DNA of 64,000 nt from Octopus vulgaris (lineage: Eukaryota), in contig OX597821.1 of NCBI GenBank assembly GCA_951406725.2, forward strand, positions 20,956,001 to 21,020,000, read 5' to 3'. Every line of letters starts with the position of its first letter. Position 1 is the stretch's first letter. The notes under the pieces were generated by a model, which was not told the origin of the DNA, made no database searches, and was given only the letters and a program-made list of their open reading frames with translations. Shown one piece after another: positions 25,926 through 39,309 of this stretch. A program made the position numbers and the translations under genes.

Positions 25926-26120
25926 TATAGAAAAGACAAAACAGGTGAGAGAACAATAAGCAGGTGTATTAGTTTCACACCTGGGAATAATATAAAAGTA
26001 TTTCCCGTTTCGCGCCTACGCTCTTTTGACAGGAAGTATTGATAGGGAAAAAAATGGAAGAAAAACGACAAATCCGAGAGAAAATAAATGTGTACGGATT
26101 GAGTGTCCAAAACACGTACG
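25926..26120 (-). mobile_element. Decayed PLE terminal-repeat-like element with HHR-like remnant
   Basis: Minus strand CTGTCAA-AA-GAGC-GTAG-GCGC-GAAACG resembles the pLTR HHR at 28800/32488/58757; microsatellite-flanked. Confidence 0.4.
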
Positions 26121-26129
26121 CACGCAGAC

Positions 26130-26182
<53 letters not shown>

Positions 26183-27942
26183 GAGAGAGAGAAAGTGACA
26201 TACGGTACAGAATGGTACCAGCATTGCTAGAAATAATAGTGAAAATGGCTCAAATATTCAAAATGACACAACAGCACTTAGTAAGTTGACAAGGGAGACA
26301 AAGCATATATAGCCATATCACGTGATTTCAAATAGTGCCTCTGTGGCTAATGAGTCGTTTTGACGTTTATTTCTAATAATGCGAGCACCTCACTCAACCC
26401 TCTGTCACGTTAGGGAAGTCTTTAAATTTGCATTTAGATTTTAAAACTGCTAATAAGCCACCCACATTATATATATATGTTACCATTTACTTGTTTCACT
26501 CATTAGACTTCAGCCATGCTAGGGTAGTGTGTATGTATGTATATATGTATATATGTCTTTATATGTAAATGTTATTCGCTTTTTTATCTAAGCAGAACGT
26601 CTCCGTCTTCCATTGTTTTGGAGAGGCCAATGGTTTAATCTATCACACCTTTCAGAGGGGATATCTGAATAACCGACCAGTCACATACCACAAATAATAA
26701 ATTTGAACAATAAACCAATCAAAATGATGGTCGTAAACAAAGTGGAACCTCAGCAGAAACTGTCGCAGCCGTTTAGTATTTTGTGCTTAAGAAACCAATG
26801 TCGTTTGTCATTCAAAAATTGGTGTTAAGATGAGTTATAGAAAGCGTAGAAAATAGGGACAATAATACAGAGTGGAAGACCAAAGTATTTGCAAGTTACG
26901 AAATGTGGCTACTGATCGCGGTATTTCAAATGATCTTATTGCGTTTCTCCTTTAAGTTGTTTACAGCAGTATCCTTTGTTATGCTACTTCAAAGTTAAAG
27001 TTCCATGCTTGTACTGCAAGTTTGTTGCTTTGATTCATTGCTATTTTCATTTTACATTTATTTTCATGTTTGAAAATTCCTGGGGGATAAGGGATGGCAT
27101 GAAGATTTAACATTATTACTGTGAGGCGTAATCGTTTTTACTACCATTTCCATTTTGAAGGGTGCAATGTACGCAATGGAAGAAAATGCCAAGGTGAATA
27201 TTTAGTTATCCAAGGTAAAAGGACTGCATATTTTTAATTTTATACCTCTCTTATCAGAAAATATAAAACTATAAACCAGCAATGAAGTAATTTTATTAAT
27301 TGAATGTTGTAAAATCAATTGTCTTTTTTTTATGGCTCCGGATTTTTCAAACGTTAACGTGCAATAGAATCGGTAAGTACGATAATAACTTACCAAATTT
27401 TAACACATTTGGGGGAAAGAAAGATAAGTGTGAGTGTGTATTGAGGTAAAAAAAATCGCTTAGATTCAAAGCTTACTCAACTGAATTTTTAAGTCATCTC
27501 TCCTATTCTCACCTGGTTGAACTTGTAACACAATAATACAGTTCTATAGCTCTGAGAAGAAGAATTTGTATTACGTATTAGTCGGAGTGGTGTCCTTATC
27601 TTGACTGTTGCTTTCACTTCATCGGTCGTATACGACTTAGCCTTTTCCACATGTTTTGTGAATCACCTAAATGCCTTGACTGGAATTGAACTCAGAAACA
27701 CTTCATGACAGCACTGCATTTCAGCACCCTCATTCACTACATTATAACCCTAGTCAATGGATAGGCAGAGGAATAGTTTTTGCATCATATTATAGAGAAA
27801 TGTACCCTTTACTTAACTGTATCACACTACAGCAGTGTTCTCCTTACATTATGTTGCCGCTAAGCCTCCAGTAGCAGTTGGAATTTCCAATGCAAAGAGC
27901 CAAACATGGACAAAGGTGGAAGATATATATATATATATATAT

Positions 27943-28603
27943 TCAAAATTGAGGATTAAATCTTTATAAGAAATTATCTGTAGTTAGCGTGATAAACCTC
28001 GTAAGAGAAAATATCCGTAAATCTTTCCAGTTTGAAAACATTTATTTATATTATATAGAGGGTACTACTATTCATAGATACTGCACGCTAGGAGGGACCC
28101 TTGCGGTCAAAACTACTAAAATAAACAAATTGTACCGAATGCAAAACTTCAAAGCAAGTCATTTAAAAAAAGAATTTAGTTATAAATCACCTGTGATTTC
28201 GCAATTAACGCAGAATATGCATTCTATGCTCATCAGTGCAACAAACTCAAGATATATATGAAAAAAACATAACATTACAAACCCCACAGCCAACCGTAGA
28301 ATTCGTCGTAGAATGTACGAATGTTTATCTTTACATATCTATGAAAATGGCGGGGTTTTATCCTCAGTTTTATCCTCAATTTTAAATTAATATTTTTCAC
28401 CGGAATAGTTCAATACTGAATTTTTGTTCCGAGTAAGCAATTTGTTACCGAAATGCATTGCGAATAAGCCCGCCATTTTCATAGATATGTAAAGATAAAC
28501 ATTCGTACATTTGCATTCGGTACAATTTGTTTATTTTAGTAGTTTTGACCGCAAGGGTCCCTCCTAACGTGCCGTATCTATGAATAGTAGTACCCTCTAT
28601 ATA

Positions 28604-28611
<8 letters not shown>
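27943..28611. mobile_element. TA-flanked fold-back element with hammerhead (family C)
   Basis: Inverted arms 28043-28144/28510-28611 and 28312-28353/28469-28510; homologous to 32751-33062. Confidence 0.75.
28179..28242 (-). ncRNA. Type I hammerhead ribozyme (partly degenerate)
   Basis: Minus strand GTTGCA-CTGATGA-GCA...TGC-GAAA-TCAC-AG-GTGA-TT-TATAAC; one mismatch in stem I, AUU triplet. Confidence 0.65.
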
Positions 28612-28672
<61 letters not shown>

Positions 28673-28696
28673 TATATACATACATACATATATATA

Positions 28697-28904
28697 TAGT
28701 TAATCCAAACATGAAAACACAAAGAGAAAACACAACAACGCGAGGACGTGGAGCAAATATAGTATTATTGGACGCTCAGGAAGGAAGGGAAGAAGGAGGG
28801 TTTTACGTTTCGAGCGGAGCTTTTCGTCAGAAACATAGGAAAAGGAAAGATCCAGAGAAGGGAAGACGGAGGAAAAAAATCGCCAACGTCACACACGCGG
28901 TCAC

Positions 28905-28905
<1 letters not shown>
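28697..28905 (-). mobile_element. Solo PLE pseudo-LTR with minimal HHR (28800-28834)
   Basis: Homologous to the 3' end (58720-58885) of the PLE at 54515; minus strand GTTT-CTGACGA-A-AAGC-TCC-GCTC-GAAA-CG-TA-AAAC. Confidence 0.8.
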
Positions 28906-28979
<74 letters not shown>

Positions 28980-31072
28980 TGCTGTATTTTGGGATGGTCT
29001 CTTTTTGCCACGTAACCACACGAACAATATAGACGCGCACGCTCACACAGATGAAGAAATATAGAGGGGGAAAAAGTGATAGATAGATAGACATATAGTT
29101 AGATATCTCCCTTTTGAGTCAGTGTCTTCACACATATGCTATTAAAATACATGCATGTTCAACTGACCCACATATTGAGTCAACGCGATATATACTACTT
29201 AATTTTGCTCGGTGCACACTACGATTTGACAAAGTCCAGCTCGGTGTTTGAAACCAGCCTGCATGACCAGAGAGTCGTCCATTATCTATTCGCCTATTAA
29301 CGACAAAGTAGCATTCAATACATCTCATTAGATATTTCAAGTTGCAAAGCTGGTTTATATTGTCATCAGGAGACTTATCCATCGATAATTTTATTGTCAT
29401 ACGATTGTCGCAGCAGAATTAATGGTATCAGTTGATAATAATTCTTTCTTGACAGAGTCCGTCATATGTGTTGCGAATTTCTCCGATGTAAGTTAAATTC
29501 TTCGGGACATAACAATTTCATGATCATTTTATATAGTATATCTAATGTATTACTGATTTCAAACTTTGGCACCAGGCTTGCAATTTTGAGGGTGGGTGTA
29601 CATCCATTACATCGACTCAGTTCTCCACTGGTACTCATATTATCGGCTATGGAAGGATGAAAGGCAGTCAACGTCGGTGAAATTTGAAATCAGACCATGA
29701 AGATGGGCGAAATACCACACAGTATTTTGCCCGGCGTGCTAACGATTTAGTAATAATAATACGTTATAGCTCATGTATTACTATTAAAGACAAAAAGACG
29801 CCGTGGATTGTTTGTAGACCGGCCAAAATGCTTCGCACCATTGTTTTCTTGGTTTACATTCTCAGTTCGAATTCAGCCAACGCTGAATTTGCTTGTCAGC
29901 TATTCGAAATCGATAAAATAAAAATTATCCGTGATCTGTGTTCAATGTACTCGACCACCACTCTTCCCGAAAATTTCAGCCCTTGTGCTTTTAAAAGAAA
30001 GAAATTTTAAAGATAGATAGAAATAAGAAAACTTCGTTATGCAAGTGAAACTGAGCACGTTTTCTTCCATTAACATGCCATATACTTACGATACACTAAT
30101 AAATGTTCTTTATCAATATATTCTGCATTTTTAAGACGCAATTAAACTTTACTCTCGATATTTCCTCACTGGAAAAAGTATCCCCTTGAGTGCTACATCT
30201 TTGTTCCCGTAATTTCAATTTTCATTTTCATGCTTAACTGGGATTTGATTGCGTTCTAACATATGAGAATTGCGTTCCATTATATTACAGAGACAGAAAA
30301 TATTTAATGTTAAATGTGGAAGAAATTGGATTTTTAAAAATATATATATATTTATTGACGAAACAACCTTCTTCCTTACTAAATAATTTTTTTCTTAAAT
30401 TCATTTAAGTATATATATCTTGCTAAATTATGTCTATTAAGATATCTACACAACATTCACCGTCTTTATCGCATTCGATAGACAAACATACACACGCATA
30501 TACGAACGAAAACATGCACGTGACACAAACAACAAAAAACACACACGCGCACACATACAAACACATTAGCCCCCCCACACACACACACACACGCATACAC
30601 ATATACATACACTTAAGATTTTAATAGATATGCATGATGAACCTTAACTAAAAGGAAGTTTATCAGCTGAAATTTTCAAATATTCTGAAGCGTATTGCAT
30701 TGATATGTATATAGGTATGTATGTATACATGCACACACACACACACACACACACATATGTGTGTTTGTATGTGTGCGTCTATGTAAATATACATGAATAT
30801 ATATATATATATCTTACTCTATCAGTTCTCTTACTGAACCGTATAGGGAGGGTGAAGTAAACACACACACACACACACATGCATATATATATATATATAT
30901 ATAACATAAGGGACTAAAGCCATCTGAATATGGCTAGGGACAGGGCAGGGTGGTGTTGGTGTTACTGTTGCATTTAGCCCCAGGCGAACATCGACGTCAC
31001 CAGAAAGGCTCGACACCGTCACGGTGCCCTTAACCTGCAAAGGGAGGTAATTCCCCGATGAAGCGGAAACCA

Positions 31073-31118
31073 CACACGGACCATGGTTTCAAGGTGTATT
31101 GCCTATCATCGGCGTGTG
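31073..31118 (-). ncRNA. Type I hammerhead ribozyme (U4C core variant)
   Basis: Reverse complement of 31530-31575. Confidence 0.8.
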
Positions 31119-31529
31119 GTAGGCCTCCGCTTCCTCGACGAATTCTCACTCTGCAGGATTTTCTTATATAGATTTTCAAGCAAAATACATTTGCTGATTT
31201 CGAAAATCTGTTCGAAAGCAATAATAATTCTCTAAGAGGGATATAGACAGTAACTGCTCGATAACATAAGGGACTAAAGCCATCTGAATATGGCTAGGGA
31301 CAGGGCAGGGTGGTGGGGTGTTACTGTTGCATTTAGCCCCAGGCGAACATCGACGTCACCAGAAAGGCTCGACACCGTCACGGTGCCCTTAACCTGCAAA
31401 GGGAGGTAATTCCCCGATGAAGCGTATTGCTTTCGAACAGATTTTCGAAATCAGCAAATGTATTTTGCTTGAAAATCTATATAAGAAAATCCTGCAGAGT
31501 GAGAATTCGTCGAGGAAGCGGAGGCCTAC

Positions 31530-31575
31530 CACACGCCGATGATAGGCAATACACCTTGAAACCATGGTCCGTGTG
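31530..31575 (+). ncRNA. Type I hammerhead ribozyme (U4C core variant)
   Basis: CACACG-CCGATGA-T-AGG-caataca-CCT-T-GAAA-CCATGG-TC-CGTGTG. Palindromic stem III ACCATGGT, GTC triplet 31567-31569; stem I extended by GAAGCGGA/TCCGCTTC. Confidence 0.8.
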
Positions 31576-31789
31576 TGGTTTCCGCTTCATCGGGGAATTA
31601 CCTCCCTTTGCAGGTTAAGGGCACCGTGACGGTGTCGAGCCTTTCTGGTGACGTCGATGTTCGCCTGGGGCTAAATGCAACAGTAACACCCCCACCACCC
31701 TGCCCTGTCCCTAGCCATATTCAGATGGCTTTAGTCCCTTATGTTATCGAGCAGTTACTGTCTATATCCCTTTTAGAGAATTATTATTG

Positions 31790-31853
<64 letters not shown>

Positions 31854-31855
31854 AT

Positions 31856-31937
<82 letters not shown>

Positions 31938-31951
31938 TAGAGAGAGAGGAT

Positions 31952-31992
<41 letters not shown>

Positions 31993-32025
31993 ATAGATAG
32001 AGAGGTAGATAGACAGGTAGATAGA
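31856..32025. repeat. (GATA)n microsatellite
   Basis: Seen directly. Confidence 0.95.
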
Positions 32026-32409
32026 AATACATACATGTATCAAAATGAGAAACATTGTTGCAACCAACAATAACAGGCTTTAGTGTATAAGACAAAAGGG
32101 AAAAGTGGCTACAAATATACCACCTGCACTGACCTGTAATCTTCATACTTGCAGGATCTTGCAAATCATTAGTGGGCCTCAAACGTCACATTCGATTTCA
32201 GCATTATAACTCACAAAGAAAGAGTAGGTTGTCTGATCCACATACGTCGAAACTGACAACAGTCTCCATCATACACATAGATTTATACATAAAAATAAAA
32301 ATACGAAAACAGTGGAAATTTTACCGGTGAGTGTGTTAGAATATAAAGCACAAAAAGAAAATGACTCTCCCCAGACACAACAGAATATATATATATATAT
32401 ATATATATA

Positions 32410-32622
32410 TTTCAAAATGTGACCGCGTGTGTACCGTTGGCGATTTTTTCCTCTGTCTTCCCTTCTCTGGATCTTTCCTTCTTCTATGTTTCCGACGAAG
32501 AGCTCCGCTCGAAACGTTAAACCCTCCTTCTTTCCTTCTTTCCTGAGCGTTCAATAACACTATATTTGTTCCACTTCCTCGCGTTGTTGTGTTTTTTTGT
32601 GCTTTCTTGTTTGGATTAACTT
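32410..32622 (+). mobile_element. Solo PLE pseudo-LTR with minimal HHR (32488-32522)
   Basis: Closely similar to 28697-28905 in opposite orientation; GTTT-CCGACGA-A-GAGC-TCC-GCTC-GAAA-CG-TT-AAAC; (TA)n on both sides. Confidence 0.8.
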
Positions 32623-32680
<58 letters not shown>

Positions 32681-32684
32681 ATAT

Positions 32685-32750
<66 letters not shown>

Positions 32751-32753
<3 letters not shown>

Positions 32754-33056
32754 AAAAAGCCCGCCATTTACCGGATATATGATTTATAAACATTCCATGT
32801 GCTTGGCCGGAGTGAGCAGTTGTCTGTTCGTCTTCGCTACGTAAGGTTGGTAGTTTATTTATGATGTGTTCAGAATCAGTTCTGCTGATGATCATAAGAC
32901 GTAAGTTGAATGTGAAATCACGGTGATACAGAACTAAATTCATTTTTTAAATGTCTTGCTTTGAAAAACTGCATTTGGGTATGATTAGTATAATTTTGGT
33001 AGTAATGACTTTGTCCCTCTTAGTGTGAGGCATTTATGTGTAATAATGCCCTCTAT

Positions 33057-33062
<6 letters not shown>
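32751..33062 (+). mobile_element. ~310-bp TA-flanked hammerhead element (family C monomer)
   Basis: Shares AAGCCCGCCATTT start, TAAATTC.TTTTTTAAATG.CTTGCTTTGAA and CCCTCTATA end with the 28-kb element. Confidence 0.7.
32878..32935 (+). ncRNA. Type I hammerhead ribozyme
   Basis: AGTTCTG-CTGATGA-T-CAT...ATG-T-GAAA-TCAC-G-GTGA-TA-CAGAACT. Perfect 7-bp stem I, AUA triplet 32926-32928. Confidence 0.8.
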
Positions 33063-33118
<56 letters not shown>

Positions 33119-33471
33119 TAGACAGAAAGAGAGTGGAAGCGAGAAAGAGAGAGAGAGAGAGAAACGCTTGGCTACTCTCAATGTCCGTCCTACAAATCAA
33201 CTCAAAGGTTTTGGGCAGCAGCGAGTGGAACATCGGAAGTTTTAAATATCCACCCGAGGTGTATACTGTAGACTACTTATCAAAGGAATGGTATCTTCAT
33301 TAAATGAAGTTTACTTTGTCACAAAGAGGTACATGATAACAAACGGAAAATACCCTTAATCAAGATACCCTTGGCCTGGCGAGAAGACTGCGATATATAC
33401 CTCGCTTGTATATTTACCACTTCCGAGGTTCCGCTCGCTATGAAACATAAGTAGCACGGATCTTATTTACT

Positions 33472-33505
<34 letters not shown>

Positions 33506-34829
33506 ATTAATAAATAAATAAAACATATGCATATATACATACATATATGTACATACCTACCTCTACATGCATATATGGGTATAGGACACCAAATAAACGT
33601 CGAACACAATGAGAAACGAAAACATAAACAGAAAACCAAGGAAATGGGCATTTTTTTAAAACAACGTAAAAATAGAGTACAGGACATACAAAACAAGGAA
33701 AATTCCCCTTCTTCAGTCGCCTTAATTTCATCTACTCCACGTTTCGAAGGTCAAGGCGATACATGACTTCAATTAAATTTTCCTTCCCACGAAAATCAAA
33801 TTAAATAAAATTTGAGATTTTTTTGCGGAGGGGTAAAAATGGTAACAAAAACAGCACAGTAACGACAGTACAAAATATAAACAGTAAAAGACAGACATAT
33901 ATATAGTTCTATAGCACAGCCTATGTACTTTGAAATTTATTCATTTCGATAAATGCATACATTTATGACATTCGTATACAGAACAAACTGTTATATATGC
34001 AGAAACACTTTCCCTCATATCTAGACAGCCTTGGGTCCAGAAACAAGTTATCAACTCAAAATCGCACCAAAGAACTCGAAAACTGTAAATTGAATTCTTC
34101 GTCGATGTTTTCAGTTTATCTATCTTGCTAGTTATCAGTATTTCTATTGATTTAGTAAATTATCTCTATATCCTTTTGCTTGCCTATCTACCTATTTATC
34201 AGGTTCCCTCTTTATCTCTCTCTTTCCTTATCGCTCTCTCTATTCATACGTATATGCATGTGAGCGTGTGTATGTGTGAAAGTATGATGCGTGTGCGATG
34301 GTAGATGCAGGTGTGTGTTCGTATGTGTCTGTGTATACATAGATACACATAGATATACCTATAGAGATATATAAATATTATGCGTGTGATTGGACATTTA
34401 ACAATCAGAATCTACATCCTTCTATTTCATACGTATTTCTTTCACATACACACCTCTGTGTGTATGTGTGTGTGTGCGCGTGTGTGTGTGTGTGTGTGTA
34501 AGTGACGGTGTGTAGTATTGTCGCTCCCGACAGATTTTATCTGTCATAAACAACAATGTGGCAAAGAATACACCAAAGTTGGACAGAGTGTCGAGCTTGC
34601 GTTTGGTCAACAAAGAAATATTTGATAAATACTGAAATATAACAGAACAGAAAAACGAAAGAACAAAATACAGATATATTATGATATATCTTAAAATATA
34701 AAGAAGATATTAAAAAAAAGAGGGCAAATTAATAATATTGGAAAATACATTTATTAGAAGGCTATATCTATCTGAATTGGTTTCTACATATACATATATA
34801 CGTACACACACACACATATATACACATGC

Positions 34830-34867
<38 letters not shown>

Positions 34868-35289
34868 GTGTGTACATACATACATACATATATATACACA
34901 TATATGTACGTATGTATATATAGACACAGATATATGTAATATATGCATATATATATATATATATATGTGTGTGTGTACATACATGCATACATATATATAC
35001 ACATATATATACGTATGTATATATAGACACAGATATATGTAATATATGCATATATATATATTTGTCTTAGGTTTATCAGTATGAAATGTGGTTGTAAAAA
35101 AGAAAGAAATATGAACGAGATAAAAGTCAATAAATAGATAAAAATGTTAGTCAGTAAATGTATATGAATGAATGAATGATGGTGATATATTGTGATATAG
35201 TCGGAGGAGAATTGACATCCGAATAAACAAGATGGACTGGGTATCTATTTTATCTTCGTTTTGTTCTTGTCTTCCTGCTCTTTCCACTT

Positions 35290-35451
35290 CTCTTCTTCTT
35301 CCTCCTCTTCTTCTTCTTCTTCTTCTTCTTCTTCTTCTTCTTCTTCTTCTTCTTCTGCTTCTTCTTTTTCTCCTTCTTCTTCTTCTCCTCCTTCTTCTTC
35401 TTCCTCTTCCTCTTCTTCTTCTCCTTCTTCTTCTTCTTCTCCTCCTTCTTC

Positions 35452-35483
<32 letters not shown>

Positions 35484-35649
35484 CTTCTTCTTCTTTATTT
35501 TCTACTTCTCTTTCTTCTATTTCTTCGTTTTCTTGAGTCCCTTTGAATACTACCTCTTGTTCTGCATACTATTCATCATCACCATCATCTTCTTTCTTAT
35601 CTTCATCATCATCATCATTATCATCATGATCATCATGATCATCATCATT

Positions 35650-35682
<33 letters not shown>

Positions 35683-36058
35683 GTCATCGTCATCGTCGTT
35701 GTCGTCGACTCGTTCTTCTTGTTTTTGTCGTTGTTGTTGTTGCTGTTCTCGTTCTTCTTCTTATTGTTGTTGTGGTTGTTGTTTTCGTTGCTGCTGTTCT
35801 ATTTCTTGTGGTTGGTGTTGTTTTTGCTACACTTATTATTATTGCCAACACAAGCAGCTGAACCAACATTATTGTAGTCGTCGTAATTATCACCATCTTG
35901 ATCATCATAACCATTGCCAAATTCATCGTAACCATCAATATTCTTATTAATGTTGTTGCTCTCATATGATTTTTATCATGCTTGTTATTCTTAGCATTAT
36001 CACCTTCAATTAATTTATATTTTGTGCATGTATACATTATTATCATTACTATTATAGT

Positions 36059-36128
<70 letters not shown>

Positions 36129-36130
36129 GT

Positions 36131-36170
<40 letters not shown>

Positions 36171-36172
36171 GT

Positions 36173-36238
<66 letters not shown>

Positions 36239-36270
36239 GACGACGACTACTACGACTACTACGACTACAT
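35290..36270. repeat. Trinucleotide microsatellite cluster (CTT)n, (ATC)n, (GTT)n, (ACT)n
   Basis: Seen directly. Confidence 0.9.
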
Positions 36271-36499
36271 TTATGATTATATTATTTTCATATTCCTACT
36301 ATTGTTCTTTCATATAAATATTCCAAGTCATCTTTTATAAAGGGACATGCTATACCATTCAAAATCCAGTCACATTTCAGCGTCTATGTCTAGATTTCTA
36401 GAGATATTGAGTTCACAATGGATTCTATCATCGAATGCTCAGCTACGTTCATACAGATACATATATAGATACACACCCCTACATTCATATATATATATA

Positions 36500-37062
36500 T
36501 ATTTATAAATAAGGATAATATCGATATTTAAATATCGCTATCATCAAGTGGCCAGCATAGGAATAAATACCATGCAAAGGTAACAATTATTTAAAATTAT
36601 AAATAAGGGTATCTTAGAGATTCCACTATGCCGAAATAGCAGTCAAAACCCTGACCCTAAAAACCACCTTAAATGTCCAAATCGCGCCATGAGATAAGAC
36701 AGAGAAACAAAATAAACTAGAAAAAAAGATTTTACTGCATAATTCAAGATCCTGGATTTCTGCCTTTGCTACAAATAAGCTCTGCCTTCGTCAGTTGAAT
36801 ATATCAGATGGGCAAATAAATAAAAAAATATATATATACAGAACATAAGTTATACTTACATAAACGAACGTCCATACATATATCATTATGCACGTATGTA
36901 CAAATTGCCCGCCAACCATCTCACAAGCGCGATATGGTCAAATATAAACACCGCAGTGAATACAGTGATGAATTATATTTTGAACATTTAATGTGTTTTT
37001 TAGGGTCAGCGTTTCGACAGTTATTTTGGCATGGTGATATCTCTATGATACACTTATTTATA

Positions 37063-37065
<3 letters not shown>
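36500..37065. mobile_element. Old TA-flanked element with diverged internal inverted repeat (36598-36682 / 36978-37062)
   Basis: TATAAATAAG.GTATC.TAGAGAT..CAC.ATGCC.AAATA...GTC.AAAC.CTGACCCTAAAAA.CAC.TTAAATGT.CAAA occurs on both strands. Confidence 0.6.
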
Positions 37066-37135
<70 letters not shown>

Positions 37136-37290
37136 GTATATATATATCAGTAGAGACAGAGAAAGAGAAAGAGTAATACATATATACATACTATATATGT
37201 ATTTATCTCTCTCTCTCTCTCTCTCTCTTTATATATATACACGTATATGTGTGTGTGCGTGCACAAATATTTATATATATACATTTATAT

Positions 37291-37522
37291 AGTAAATTCT
37301 ATTTGCCAACGTAAGGTGGCAGTCCTGCGTAGGACCATGTTACTAGTTTTTAACCCCAGGAAAACGACTTTTCCAGCTGGTTATCGACACACGACCAGTG
37401 TCTGAAAAATACTTGCTCGCAGTATGTTTTTGACAGGTCATGTGTCGATAACCTGCTGAAAAAATTTAGTAACATGGTCCTCACAGGGCTGCCACCCTAC
37501 GTTGGTCAATAGATTTTAGTAG
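37291..37522. repeat. Diverged fold-back element (~110-bp arms)
   Basis: CCAACGTAAGGTGGCAGTCCTG.GTAGGACCATGTTACTA...GGTTATCGACACACGACC is mirrored at 37436-37505. Confidence 0.8.
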
Positions 37523-37580
37523 TATAGTTACAACTTAGTTCCCATTTAGAGTCAAGACACTAGATGTTTTACTCATTAAA

Positions 37581-37624
<44 letters not shown>

Positions 37625-37631
<7 letters not shown>

Positions 37632-38044
37632 ATATTTCGGAATGGTCATATTGCTAGTTTAGCCAATAAAAACACACGCACTATATATTTGGTGTTATTT
37701 TGCTTCAGTGATATTTATTTTTTACATTAATCTTAATCTTATTTCGGCTAAAGTTCCTTCGTCACACTCCTGTGACCGCATCAGTGGTCCTTTGTTTTCT
37801 TCTCACTTACTTGTGTCTCTCCTTACTAACCGTCTAACGGTTAGTAAGGAGAGACACAAGTAAGTGAGAAGAAAACAAAGGACCACTGATGCGGTCACAG
37901 GAGTGTGACGAAAGAACTTTAGCCGAAATAAGATTAAGATTAATGTAAAAAATAAATATCACTGAAGCAAAATAACACCAAATATATAGTGCGTGTGTTT
38001 TTATTGGCTAAACTGGCAATATGACCATTCCGAAATATAACAAT
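37625..38044. repeat. Near-perfect palindrome, ~208-bp arms, TCTAA loop, in (TA)n; HHR-like remnant at 37881-37924
   Basis: Arms differ at only about 2 positions by eye; CTGATGC-G-GTCAC-aggagt-GTGAC-GAAA within the right arm. Confidence 0.92.
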
Positions 38045-38099
38045 ATCTGTTTCAACACACGACTTCACATAAAAAATCTTGCACAACAAATATTTAAAC

Positions 38100-38215
<116 letters not shown>

Positions 38216-38699
38216 CACATTAACAGCATTATTCCAGAAGTACGAAAGAACACGATATTGAATTCCTTTACCTGTGGAATGGACGTCGTTGTTTCAAAAA
38301 CATTAACGTCAAACATTCTGGCCCCCTTCGTTCATTTGACCCATCATATCTTCCAATCTCGACTCTCCCATCGCCATTGTCTTCCTACTGACGATCTTGT
38401 CTAGCCGTTGACATTAATGTGACATGTAGTTAAATGATCAGTAGCCTTGATTTCACCAGCTTCAGTGAGATCCAACTGTTAACAGTACATTAATAGCGCT
38501 AATTTCATTATTGTCTTCGTAGTATTTTATATTTAATTTGAACATTTTTTCCTGCGATGATGGCGTTATGATATAGGTAACAATTACTTCATATTCCAAG
38601 AGTAATTTACTTTTTTGTGAAGATATATTGAGGGTGGTAACAGCAAATATCAAGAAGCTCAAGAATCTTTCGAAAACTATCGCAAAATACTCTTCACCC

Positions 38700-38945
38700 A
38701 CGATGTGTTATGTCCTTGAGCAAAGCACTTCATTTCACGTTTCTCCAGTCTAGCTGGCAAAAGTGAATTGTATATGTGATTCAAAAGGCTAGCCTTGTCA
38801 AAATCTGTGTCACGCTGTGTTTCTCTGAGAACTACGTTAAGTTATAGACGTGTCTGTGGAGTACTCAGCACATCCAAGTTAGTTTCACAAGGAGGCTGTT
38901 CTGTTGATCGGATCAAGTAGCACTCCGTCGTCGTTGTCGACGGAG
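38700..38945 (+). mobile_element. SINE body fragment (related to 51225-51530)
   Basis: GTCCTTGAGCAAAGCACTTCATTTCACGTT shared with 51306-51335. Confidence 0.55.
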
Positions 38946-39193
38946 GATTTAATTTTCATGATATTACAAAAACCTGTATTCTTATATCCATTCTTTCGGT
39001 TGTGTCCTCTACGATCATATCTCGTCTCTTTTCTTCAAGCGAATATTCACCACCAGTGGGAAATCCCAGAAAAGCTGCATATATCTTTCGCCAACATTAC
39101 TTCTGTTAAGACCATATGTTATGTCGCTTAAAATCTATACATTACACTAATATCCCATGAGATCATTATTGTTATTAATATTATAATAAAGGA

Positions 39194-39294
<101 letters not shown>

Positions 39295-39309
39295 CTAATA
39301 GTCTTATTT

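Larger units (their letters stand above)
30899..31790. mobile_element. Retrozyme-like element, 360-bp unit: ~1.45 tandem units (minus) joined to ~1 inverted unit (plus), in (TA)n
   Basis: ATAACATAAGGGACTAAAGCC at 30901 and 31261; inversion junction at ~31424; 31425-31790 is the reverse complement of a full unit. Confidence 0.85.

Noticed and set aside
31030-31868. Duplicated short ORFs (MLSNRFSK..., MVSASSGN...)
   Set aside because: Consequence of the inverted 360-bp repeat; non-ATG starts; no coding signal.
33700-33775. Partial hammerhead-like half (stem plus GAAACGT) on the minus strand in a TA-flanked insert
   Set aside because: 5' core missing and G at the cleavage position; at most a remnant.
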